NCBI GenBank assembly: GCA_016214745.1
Contig: JACRNW010000012.1
Span: 4,368 to 68,367 of the forward strand
Length of the DNA stretch: 64,000 nucleotides
Direction: 5' to 3'
From: Candidatus Falkowbacteria bacterium
GTDB lineage: Bacteria > Patescibacteriota > Patescibacteriia > XYB2-FULL-38-15
The notes beneath the pieces are model-generated. The model searched no databases. It had not been told where the DNA came from and saw nothing but the letters and a program-made list of their open reading frames with translations. This document shows positions 50,480-59,009 of this stretch, one piece after another; position 1 is the stretch's first letter, and each line of letters opens with the position of its first letter. The translations under genes were made by a program, and so were the position numbers.

Positions 50480-50835
50480 TTCGAACCTCATCCTGACACT
50501 TTCGGCGTAAGCCGAGAGAGTCGGGTGGAACGGACCTGCTGACTCCTACCTTTGGTGTAACAACCGGGGTAGGAGTCTTTTTTATTTCGCGAAAACGCAA
50601 AAGAAACAAAGACGCAAAAACCCCAACTGCAAGTTTTGAATTTTGGTCATTGGGATTTATTTGGAATTTGATGTTTTGGATTTTGGATTTTTGATATCGT
50701 CCCCCTCACCTCAATCCTCTCCCGCAAGGGGAGAGGAGGAAATTGTGGGGATTTATTCTCTTTACAATTTTTATATTTTAATGTAAATTTAACAAATAAC
50801 TTTTAACAATTAACCGTTAACTATTAACTAATTGT

Positions 50836-52857
50836 ATGTTGTATTCTCTGCTTTTCTCTCTGGGCGCCGCGATTTTGGCCATCGTTTTTGGATTTTTCCT
50901 TATGCGATGGATTTTAAAACTTCCGGCCGGAGACGAAAAAATGCAATCAATTGCCAAGGCCATTCAAGAAGGGGCCAAGGCGTATTTAAATCGGCAGTAC
51001 AAAACCGTGGCGATTGTCGCGGTCATTTTATTTGTTTTGCTTTTATTCCTCGGAATTTACGCCTCGCTTGGATTTTTAGTTGGCGCGGCGGCCTCGGCTC
51101 TGGCCGGATACCTCGGCATGTACATTTCTGTGCGAGCCAATGTCCGGACAACCGAAGCGGCAAAGAGCGGTTTAAAAAATGCCCTGAATGTCGCTTTCCG
51201 CGGCGGAACGGTGACGGGTTTATTGGTTGTCGGCTTGGCGCTTTTGGCGGTGACTGGATTTTTTATGCTTTTAGTCTATGGATTTAAACAAGACGCAGTC
51301 GATGCGGTGAAAGCTTTAGTCGGCTTAGGTTTTGGCGGAAGTTTGATTTCAGTTTTTGCCCGGCTCGGCGGCGGCATTTATACCAAGGGTGCTGACGTCG
51401 GCGCTGATTTGGTGGGAAAAGTTGAAGCCGGTATTCCGGAAGATGACCCAAGAAATCCAGCCGTGATTGCCGACAATGTCGGTGATAATGTTGGCGACTG
51501 CGCGGGCATGGCCGCGGACTTGTTTGAAACTTACGCTATCTCGGCGATTGCCGCGATGTTACTCGGTACACTTCTCTTGCCAGATTTTTCCAACTCATTG
51601 ATTTATCCGTTGGTTCTTGGTGGAGTTTCCATTATTTGTTCAATCATCGGAACGTTTTTTGTCCGTCTCGGAAGAAAACAGGCGATTATGGGCGCGCTTT
51701 ACAAAGGATTGGTTGCGAGCGCGGTTTTGGCGGCGGCAGCTTTTTATCCGATTACTTCATGGCTCATGAAAGGAAACGGATCTTTTGAAGTTTGGAAACT
51801 TTATGTTGTGTCACTCGTCGGAATTCTTATAACTTTTGGCATGATGGCGATTACGGAATATTACACTTCAAAAAAATATCGGCCGGTGCGGGAAATTGCC
51901 AAGGCCTCAACCACCGGACATGGGACAAATATTATTACCGGTCTTGCGATGTCTATGGAGTCAACCGCCATGCCAGTACTTTTGATTGTCGCGGGAATTT
52001 TAGTTTCTTTTTGGCTCGCGGGAATTTATGGTGTGGCAATTGCAGTCATGACGATGTTATCAATGACCGGAATTATTGTGGCGATTGATGCTTTTGGTCC
52101 GATTACTGATAACGCCGGCGGCATTGCAGAAATGGCCGGATTGCCGAAAGAAGTTCGCGACGTGACCGATCCGCTAGACGCGGTTGGAAATACAACGAAA
52201 GCGGTGACCAAAGCATATGCCATTGCTTCGGCCGGACTCGCGGCGCTTGTGCTCTTTGCATCTTATGTCCACGAAATTACGGCGCTTGGATTTAAGGATA
52301 ATGTTTTTGACTTGTCTGATCCAAAAATTATTGCTGGATTATTTATCGGCGGATTGCTTCCGTATTTGTTTGGTTCAATGGCCATGAGAGCGGTCGGCAA
52401 GGCCGGCGGAAAAGTGGTTGACGAGGTTCGCCGCCAATGGAAAGAAATAAAAGGTTTGATGGAAGGCACAGCCAAAGCCGATTACGCGGCGTGCGTGGAT
52501 ATTGTCACAAAATCTGCTATTCGCCAGATGATTGTGCCGGCGCTTTTGCCGGTGGTCGCGCCGATTTTGGTTGGTCTGCTTTTGGGACCAAAAGCTTTGG
52601 GCGGATTATTGGTGGGTTCAATCGTGACGGGAATTTTTGTCGGAATTTCCATGACTTCGGGCGGCGCGGCTTGGGATAATTCCAAAAAATTTATTGAAGA
52701 AGGAAATTTCGGCGGCAAAGGATCTTTTGCCCATCAGGCGGCGGTGACCGGCGACACAGTTGGCGATCCCTACAAAGATACGGCCGGCCCGGCGATTAAT
52801 CCAATGATTAAGGTGTTGAACATTGTCGCGCTTTTGATTATTGGTTTTTTGATCTAG
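50836..52857 (+). CDS. hppA: Membrane-bound pyrophosphatase, predicted K+-independent H+-pumping type
   Basis: [29 protein letters not shown]; GNTTK has Lys at the K+-dependence position. Confidence 0.95.
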   Translation: MLYSLLFSLGAAILAIVFGFFLMRWILKLPAGDEKMQSIAKAIQEGAKAYLNRQYKTVAIVAVILFVLLLFLGIYASLGFLVGAAASALAGYLGMYISVRANVRTTEAAKSGLKNALNVAFRGGTVTGLLVVGLALLAVTGFFMLLVYGFKQDAVDAVKALVGLGFGGSLISVFARLGGGIYTKGADVGADLVGKVEAGIPEDDPRNPAVIADNVGDNVGDCAGMAADLFETYAISAIAAMLLGTLLLPDFSNSLIYPLVLGGVSIICSIIGTFFVRLGRKQAIMGALYKGLVASAVLAAAAFYPITSWLMKGNGSFEVWKLYVVSLVGILITFGMMAITEYYTSKKYRPVREIAKASTTGHGTNIITGLAMSMESTAMPVLLIVAGILVSFWLAGIYGVAIAVMTMLSMTGIIVAIDAFGPITDNAGGIAEMAGLPKEVRDVTDPLDAVGNTTKAVTKAYAIASAGLAALVLFASYVHEITALGFKDNVFDLSDPKIIAGLFIGGLLPYLFGSMAMRAVGKAGGKVVDEVRRQWKEIKGLMEGTAKADYAACVDIVTKSAIRQMIVPALLPVVAPILVGLLLGPKALGGLLVGSIVTGIFVGISMTSGGAAWDNSKKFIEEGNFGGKGSFAHQAAVTGDTVGDPYKDTAGPAINPMIKVLNIVALLIIGFLI

Positions 52858-53156
52858 CTTAAAATAAAAAATCCACTCGCCTAATCAGCGGGTGGATTTT
52901 TGTTTGACAAAATTTTAAGGTTTAGTTAAAATGATTTTTGTATGACAGTTAAGAGAATTTTTATTTTGATTAGCATTATTACTGGCCATAGGCGGTCTAG
53001 GCGTTTTTAATAGTTATAAATTAAAAATGAACTGGCCGCCAAACGCGGTCAGTTTTATTTTTAGGATATTGTCTCTCTAAAATAGTCGCGAAAATTTTGC
53101 CGCTGTTTTGGGGAGGGAAATGGATGGGCGCGGGAGGCGCCGGGAGGAGAAACGAG

Positions 53157-53756
53157 ATGGACGACAAAAGGCTGCGGGAAGTGAAGATCTGTCCGGTGCA
53201 CGGGGAGGCGATGGAGGAGAGGCCGGATGGTCTCTATTGTCAGCACTGTGATCGGCTGGGACGACACGGCCATGTGGTTGTTGCGGCTTGTCTCAATTGC
53301 GGCTCAGTCCTGCTCGACATCGGCCATTTCATGAGCTGCTACCCCTCGATCGTACTCGGCTGGCGCTGCACCGAGGAGCGACTCCGGGATGGCCGGGAAC
53401 ACGTGCTTCACGTTTCGGCCGTCTGGGGAGATCACGCGGTCCATCCGGATGCGGACATCGTACCGGGGAGTGTTCTCAACCTTTTCTGTCCTCGCTGCAA
53501 GGCGGAGTTCCCGAGGGTTTCCTATTGCAACGAGTGTCGCGCCAAGGTGGTGCGGATCGGGGCGCGGCACATGTACGACGGGAGGGACGGTTTCATCGAA
53601 GTTTGTGCCAGGTGGGGCTGCCCGCAACATCGCAAGGTGAGTCCGGACGAGTCTGCGGCTGTGGCCGGTCCCCAGGTCATGTGCGGCGGGGGACGCCACA
53701 TGGACATCGCTGCGATGAGAGCCGACGTGGTTCTGCGCAACGGCGCCGGAAGGTAG
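53157..53756 (+). CDS. GC-rich Cys-rich (multiple CxxC) putative zinc-binding protein
   Basis: GGAGGAG SD; CPVH, CQHC, CLNC, CPRC, CNEC, CARWGCPQH. Confidence 0.6.
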   Translation: MDDKRLREVKICPVHGEAMEERPDGLYCQHCDRLGRHGHVVVAACLNCGSVLLDIGHFMSCYPSIVLGWRCTEERLRDGREHVLHVSAVWGDHAVHPDADIVPGSVLNLFCPRCKAEFPRVSYCNECRAKVVRIGARHMYDGRDGFIEVCARWGCPQHRKVSPDESAAVAGPQVMCGGGRHMDIAAMRADVVLRNGAGR

Positions 53757-53958
53757 GAACGCCGGGGCACAGGTGAGGAGTGGGGGGTCTTCGGGCGGAT
53801 CTGTGAAGTTGCATTGAGTGCAACAACGCAGGTTCGCCCTCTTTTTTATATGCGAAATTGTAAAAGGCGACGAAAATGTAAAATTAAAAAAAGAGGCCTT
53901 GCCTCCTTCCGCCCCCTTGACAAGATTTTTACATATGTTATGATAATCTGTTCGGAAC

Positions 53959-54076
53959 AAAAACCGCCGGAAACCTGCAGACACGACAAGCACGGGGGTT
54001 AATTCTGCGCTCGCCTGGCTTTGGCTCGGCAAAGCGCGGAAATAACTCTCTTGTCTGCAGATTCCCGGTGGTTTTT
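53959..54076 (+). ncRNA. Candidate rod-like small RNA, or a long bidirectional terminator/repeat
   Basis: About 118-nt imperfect hairpin immediately after TTGACA-16 nt-TATGAT (53917-53944), ending in a T-run. Confidence 0.35.
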
Positions 54077-54096
54077 TATTTAAAAGATTTTTGGTT

Positions 54097-56076
54097 TTAA
54101 AAAGTCAGAGGGTTTAACGCCGGATCGGGGATTCCTGACGGTGAGGTTGGTACAGTCGCCGGCGGTTCTGTTGGCGGCGGGGTCGGTTCTTTTCCGACCA
54201 AACAAACCGCGCTCCATGGAACATAATGGCTTGTCCAAGTTTCAGTTTTTATTTCACCGTCCTTAGAAGCAATAGTTCTCTCAAACGCAGCGTCCGCGCC
54301 GGTATGCGCGCGCTCAGTACATTTTTTTTCGCCGGGCGCCAAGTCCGTGGTTTCAACAATTTTAGTCGGGCCGGGGCTCACAAAATTAAAAACTCTTGGC
54401 GTTGTTATTTCTACCTTACGTCCGTCGGGCGTACCCCAGAGTTCAAAAATTAATTCATTGCCGTCAATTTTCGTTTGGAGCAAAAGATAAGCCGGCGTAT
54501 CATTGATAAACTTAAGATCAGGACTTGGACTGTAAATTGTCGCGTCCATGCCGGCTGGTTCATAATAAACTACGCGGTAAGAATGAGGCCGGCGTTCGGT
54601 AATGGGCAGGCCGGCGTTTAAAGCCACGCGGAACATTGTCGTGCCGATTTGGCAGAGGCCGCCGCCGTATTCGGGAATTGTTTTATCGCCCTTGATAACC
54701 AGCTCCTGCAGATAGCCGGTACGTCCGCTTATTTCTCCGAGAGTTTTGTCGGTGGAAAATTCTTCGCCAGGAGCAATTAAGACGCCATTAAGTTTTGCCG
54801 CTCCGACCGCGATGTTGTGGCGGCGATTTACCGGGCTTCCGGAAAAATCTGAAATACCTTCGCCGACCAATTCCTGAATTCCTAAATTATTAAGACTGCC
54901 GATTGGAATTTGCGGAGCGGTAATTTTTACAATTAATTGGATAATGTCAGAATTGTCTAGTTTATAATTTGACGGACAACTGGCGGGAATTTTTGTTTCG
55001 TCAAAATTTATCAAGTAATCATTTATGATATTGTAGCTTGCCTCAACATTTAATTCTTTTCCGCCCTGATGGAGCTGAAATTCTTTGACAACGCCGTTTT
55101 CAATCGTGAACTTGGCGTTTTGCGGGGCGACGTCAATCGTCTTTGCCAAAGTTTTTAAATATTCTTCAGTTTTTTCTTTATTTAGTCCGGCTATTACGCT
55201 GTTCGGCGTTAATTGAAACTCCATCCATAATCTGATTTGATCTTGAGTTATATTCCAGATTTTTTTATTTTCTTTGACAGAGATAAGGCAAAGTCCAGCC
55301 AGTTTTTTTGCTCGATCCGCGGCCAAGGTCGCTTCGGCTTTTTTTATTTTTGCTTTTCCGGCCACAAAATCAATCGGCGTCGGGGTTGTATCAAGGACGG
55401 AAACTTTGGCAAAAGCTTCATCAATTGCTGATGAATAATCAAAGACTTGGCCGTCTTCTTCGTCGCTCACTTTGGTGGAAACAGTTCGTCCGTTTGTAAT
55501 TATTTCGAGTTGGGCATCTTTAATCGGTTTTTCAAGATAACCAAAATTTTCTTTTAAGACTGCCAGAATTTCTTCTTCATTTAGTTGATATTTAAGTTTA
55601 AGCTTTTGTCCGAAGAGTAAAAGATAAAAATGCTGCTTCAAATCATTCCAAAAATTTCCTGACCGTCCCAAGGCCATGGCTTCTTCAATTGTTCCTTTAT
55701 TATCCAAAGTAAAGACGGAGCGGGAGAGGTCGGGGTCAGTTGGGGCAGTAACAAGCGGAACGACTGATGCTTTTTTATTTTGGTAAATAAAAGTAACCCC
55801 TTCCTCGTTGTAGGTTCTGGTTGTCTCATTGAGCAGGTTGAAGGCATGATCGTTTGTTTTTCCGCCGATATTTAAATCCCCGATTTTTACGCCGGGAAAA
55901 ATTTTATCGGAGAAAACTTCTTCAAAGGCAAAAACCGTGGCGGTCGGCAAAACTATTAATAACAAAAAAATGGCAATAACAATTTTATGCCATTTTTTAA
56001 TGATGAATTTTCGCGGAGTTGCTTCAGCTATTTTCACCTCGGGATTTGCTAAATTTTTATTTTTTTCTTTACGCAT
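54097..56076 (-). CDS. VanW family protein with peptidoglycan-binding domains
   Basis: RRHNIAVGA…PGEEFS…GGGLCQIGTT…ERRPHSY…DATIY. Confidence 0.88.
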   Translation of the reverse strand: MRKEKNKNLANPEVKIAEATPRKFIIKKWHKIVIAIFLLLIVLPTATVFAFEEVFSDKIFPGVKIGDLNIGGKTNDHAFNLLNETTRTYNEEGVTFIYQNKKASVVPLVTAPTDPDLSRSVFTLDNKGTIEEAMALGRSGNFWNDLKQHFYLLLFGQKLKLKYQLNEEEILAVLKENFGYLEKPIKDAQLEIITNGRTVSTKVSDEEDGQVFDYSSAIDEAFAKVSVLDTTPTPIDFVAGKAKIKKAEATLAADRAKKLAGLCLISVKENKKIWNITQDQIRLWMEFQLTPNSVIAGLNKEKTEEYLKTLAKTIDVAPQNAKFTIENGVVKEFQLHQGGKELNVEASYNIINDYLINFDETKIPASCPSNYKLDNSDIIQLIVKITAPQIPIGSLNNLGIQELVGEGISDFSGSPVNRRHNIAVGAAKLNGVLIAPGEEFSTDKTLGEISGRTGYLQELVIKGDKTIPEYGGGLCQIGTTMFRVALNAGLPITERRPHSYRVVYYEPAGMDATIYSPSPDLKFINDTPAYLLLQTKIDGNELIFELWGTPDGRKVEITTPRVFNFVSPGPTKIVETTDLAPGEKKCTERAHTGADAAFERTIASKDGEIKTETWTSHYVPWSAVCLVGKEPTPPPTEPPATVPTSPSGIPDPALNPLTF

Positions 56077-56140
56077 CTTTTCTTGCCCGCTCACCAATTC
56101 TAGAAAAATTTTTCCATTGCAAAAAATTATTTCACGGGAG

Positions 56141-56398
56141 TTAAGGTTTTTTATGATGATCTTTGTCGGAATTGGTGGGCGGGTGAACCTGTAATATTTC
56201 GTTCAGGAGAGTTTTGGCCAATTTAGCTCTTTCTTCTTCATCAGTTTGGCTTGTAGAAATACTAAGCCGGAGAGCTGAACCTTCTTTTGCGTCATCGGGG
56301 AGATCTTTTTTGGGCCAGATAATTTCTTGTCCGTCTTCGGTTTTTATAACAGCAGAATCGCCTTCAAATCGATCAACCGCCGCTTTTATAAATTTCAT
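56141..56398 (-). CDS. DUF3006-like small protein
   Basis: VDRFEGDSAVI…LPDDAKEG. Confidence 0.75.
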   Translation of the reverse strand: MKFIKAAVDRFEGDSAVIKTEDGQEIIWPKKDLPDDAKEGSALRLSISTSQTDEEERAKLAKTLLNEILQVHPPTNSDKDHHKKP

Positions 56399-56403
56399 AA
56401 AAT

Positions 56404-56841
56404 TTAAAACTCCTCCTTAACTTTAATTTGAGCGTCGGAAACAGCTTTGGGCAGAATAATTGTCAGAAGTCCGTTTTTTAGAATTGCTTTTATTTTATCC
56501 GCTTTGACATCTTGAGGCAGAACAATAGTTCTTGAAAAACCTCCCCAGTAGCATTCGCGGTAAAGATAATCGGAAGGGTTAATATTGGCCTCGGCTTCGC
56601 GTTTTCCACGGATAGTCAGAAGATCATTATTTACGAGAATATTTAAATCTTCCGGTTTTACGCCAGCCACGGTTGACCGAACAACAATTTCTTTATCATT
56701 ATGATAAACATCAACAGAGAGCTGGCCTTCATATTCTTTGGCCAGCCAGGTATGGGGCTCTCCGTCGCCCTCTTTTTGCACCGGGAAAAAATTCTCCTCT
56801 TCAGGTTTTTGATTTTTTAATGGGAAGAGGTTTTTGAGCAT
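56404..56841 (-). CDS. Hsp20/alpha-crystallin small heat-shock protein
   Basis: VDVYH…GVKPEDL…ECYWGGFSRTIVLP…NGLLTIILPK. Confidence 0.93.
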   Translation of the reverse strand: MLKNLFPLKNQKPEEENFFPVQKEGDGEPHTWLAKEYEGQLSVDVYHNDKEIVVRSTVAGVKPEDLNILVNNDLLTIRGKREAEANINPSDYLYRECYWGGFSRTIVLPQDVKADKIKAILKNGLLTIILPKAVSDAQIKVKEEF

Positions 56842-56925
56842 AGGCTTTAAATAAGTTATATTATTGTAGTAGATTTTTAAATAGTTGTCAAAATTTTTAA
56901 CTTCTGATATTATATTAAATAACTT

Positions 56926-57003
56926 GGCCCTATCGTCTAGTCTGGTCTAGGACACCACGCTTTCAATGTGGTAACCCGGGTTCGAATCCCGGTGGGGCTA
57001 CCA
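56926..57003 (+). tRNA. tRNA-Glu(TTC)
   Basis: Cloverleaf; anticodon arm CCACG-CTTTCAA-TGTGG; GGTTCGAATCC; CCA. Confidence 0.93.
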
Positions 57004-58525
57004 GAAAAAAACTTTTCGGATTTTCGGTAAAAATTTGGTTGACGGCGCACAGCGCCGCCCACGGGTTTTTCGGCGAATTGTCGCCGTTTTTTATTTCCCC
57101 CCACACCACTTGTCCGCCCGTAAGGCGGAGGTTCGAGCCAAATATTTTTTTGGCCATAACCTTTTTGTCTAAAAGGTTATGCTCCCGCGCGATTTTAGGC
57201 AGATTCTCTGCCTCTTTTATCCATTCCTTCATCGGTTCGATCCAGCCAGTCCGCTTTTGTTTCAGGTGGACAATTTTTTCTTCCAGCGACTTTTTCTCAC
57301 TTATAAATTTAGCCTTCTTTTCTAAGTATACCTCTCGCTCAATATCCTGCTCCAAGTAACTATCTAAAAGTCGCTGTAGCTTCATTTTTAGGGACTCTAT
57401 GGTATTTTTGATCTCTTGAACAAAAGCGGCCGAGGATTGGGCATCTTGGTTTTTGTCTTTTTCGAGCAAGGCGGTTAATTGCGTTGCCCAATCCTCGCTC
57501 AAAGAAAATTTTTCAAGCAAAAGGGATGTCTGCTCATCTAAACACTCCTGGCGAATACAGGGCTCGTCACATTTTATTGCCTTGTTCTTTTTGGTGCAGT
57601 GATAATAAATATAATCATGAGTATTACCATTCTTTTGTTTTTTCACCCTGTATTCGCCAGTTATGCCCATACCACAAGTGCCACATCTTAACATGCCGCA
57701 AAATGCTTGCGGTTCATTTTTTGTTTTGTGGTGCGGTCTGCTTTTTTGCTTCAAAATATTCTGTACTTGGTCAAAAATTTTCTTTGAGATGACTGGCTGA
57801 TGTTTGCCCTCATAAAGTTCTTTACCGTACCTAAAAAATCCAACATAAAACGGATTGGAAAGGATAAAAGAAACTCTGTCTCGTTTCCAGTGTTTACCAT
57901 TACGCGATGTTATTCCTTGTTGCGCCAAAAAGTTAGAGATATCCTCTAGTCGTGAATTGCCTTGCGCGTATAGTTCAAAAGTTTTTCGCAAGATTTCCGC
58001 TTGCTTTTTATCCACAGCCACATTTTTAGTGCGGGGGTCGTTGAAATACCAAAACGGCGCAAGGCCGGGATACTCTCCGCGCCTAACTTTTTGGCGCATA
58101 CCTCGCTTTACATTTTCGGATAATGAATCAACATAATATTTGCTTTGCCCAAAAGCAATATTTAGCATAAATTTCCCTTGTGGCGTGCTTTCAAACCAAA
58201 ACTGCGGAAATTTTAAGGCCGTAATATGCCCGCAATCTAAAAGATAAATTATCTTTCCACCATCCACAGAATTGCGCGCTAATCGGTCGGGATGCCACGA
58301 AATTATGCCATTTGCTTCCCCGCGCTCTATTCTTTCTAACATGGTATTAAAAACCGGTCTGCCTGGAATTTTAGCCGATTGTTTTTCTATTAACTCCTCA
58401 ACAATAATCAGACCTTCATTTCTGGCAAAGGCGCGCAATTCTGTGGTCTGGGCTTCAATACTCAAAACTTGCTTATCTTCCACATCCGTGGATTTGCGGG
58501 CATACAAAAAGAATTTTTGTTCCAT
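56963..58525 (-). CDS. Large serine recombinase (integrase); C-terminus reads into tRNA-Glu
   Basis: LYARKST…SIEAQ, SAKIPGRP, DRLARN, recombinase domain, zinc ribbon CGTCG…YYHC, coiled coil. Confidence 0.93.
   Translation of the reverse strand: MEQKFFLYARKSTDVEDKQVLSIEAQTTELRAFARNEGLIIVEELIEKQSAKIPGRPVFNTMLERIERGEANGIISWHPDRLARNSVDGGKIIYLLDCGHITALKFPQFWFESTPQGKFMLNIAFGQSKYYVDSLSENVKRGMRQKVRRGEYPGLAPFWYFNDPRTKNVAVDKKQAEILRKTFELYAQGNSRLEDISNFLAQQGITSRNGKHWKRDRVSFILSNPFYVGFFRYGKELYEGKHQPVISKKIFDQVQNILKQKSRPHHKTKNEPQAFCGMLRCGTCGMGITGEYRVKKQKNGNTHDYIYYHCTKKNKAIKCDEPCIRQECLDEQTSLLLEKFSLSEDWATQLTALLEKDKNQDAQSSAAFVQEIKNTIESLKMKLQRLLDSYLEQDIEREVYLEKKAKFISEKKSLEEKIVHLKQKRTGWIEPMKEWIKEAENLPKIAREHNLLDKKVMAKKIFGSNLRLTGGQVVWGEIKNGDNSPKNPWAALCAVNQIFTENPKSFFLVAPPGFEPGLPH
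56999..57135. repeat. 137-bp inverted repeat A (left)
   Basis: Reverse complement of 58737-58873. Confidence 0.93.
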
Positions 58526-58736
58526 ATATTTTTTATTAAAATTTAAATAGCCGCCCTGGTGCAGCCAACCCAAGAGAAAGTCTCAAGGATTGATTCCAAG
58601 ACGGCTATTAAAAAAGACTTTCTTGATTTGGTTGGCTGCGTATTAAGTATACCACAAATATAAAAAACAACAAAACAAAAATTCTTTTTGTCGGGCAAAG
58701 CAAATAACGAGACAGAATTTCAAATCGCGCGGGTGG

Positions 58737-58873
58737 CGAACCTCCGCCTTACGGGCGGACAAGTGGTGTGGGGGGAAATAAAAAACGGCGACAATTCGCC
58801 GAAAAACCCGTGGGCGGCGCTGTGCGCCGTCAACCAAATTTTTACCGAAAATCCGAAAAGTTTTTTTCTGGTA
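58737..58873. repeat. 137-bp inverted repeat A (right); duplicate of the recombinase 3' end
   Basis: Translates as NLRLTGGQVVWG…KSFFLV, then an alternative tail. Confidence 0.93.
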
Positions 58874-58886
58874 TCACTTTACAACG

Positions 58887-59009
58887 AAATACGAACCTTT
58901 TTTGAACAAAATTATTAGGGGTTTATGGTGTAGGGGCTGGCCGCCCCTACAACCCCGCAAATTCGTGCGGGCAAAAAGGAAGGGGTTTTAGGGGAGGGAA
59001 TTTTTGCCC
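58887..59009. repeat. 123-bp inverted repeat B (left)
   Basis: Reverse complement of 63129-63251. Confidence 0.93.

Noticed and set aside
58688-58918. 76-aa ORF as an independent gene
   Set aside because: It is the duplicated recombinase 3' end with an alternative tail and lacks a convincing start
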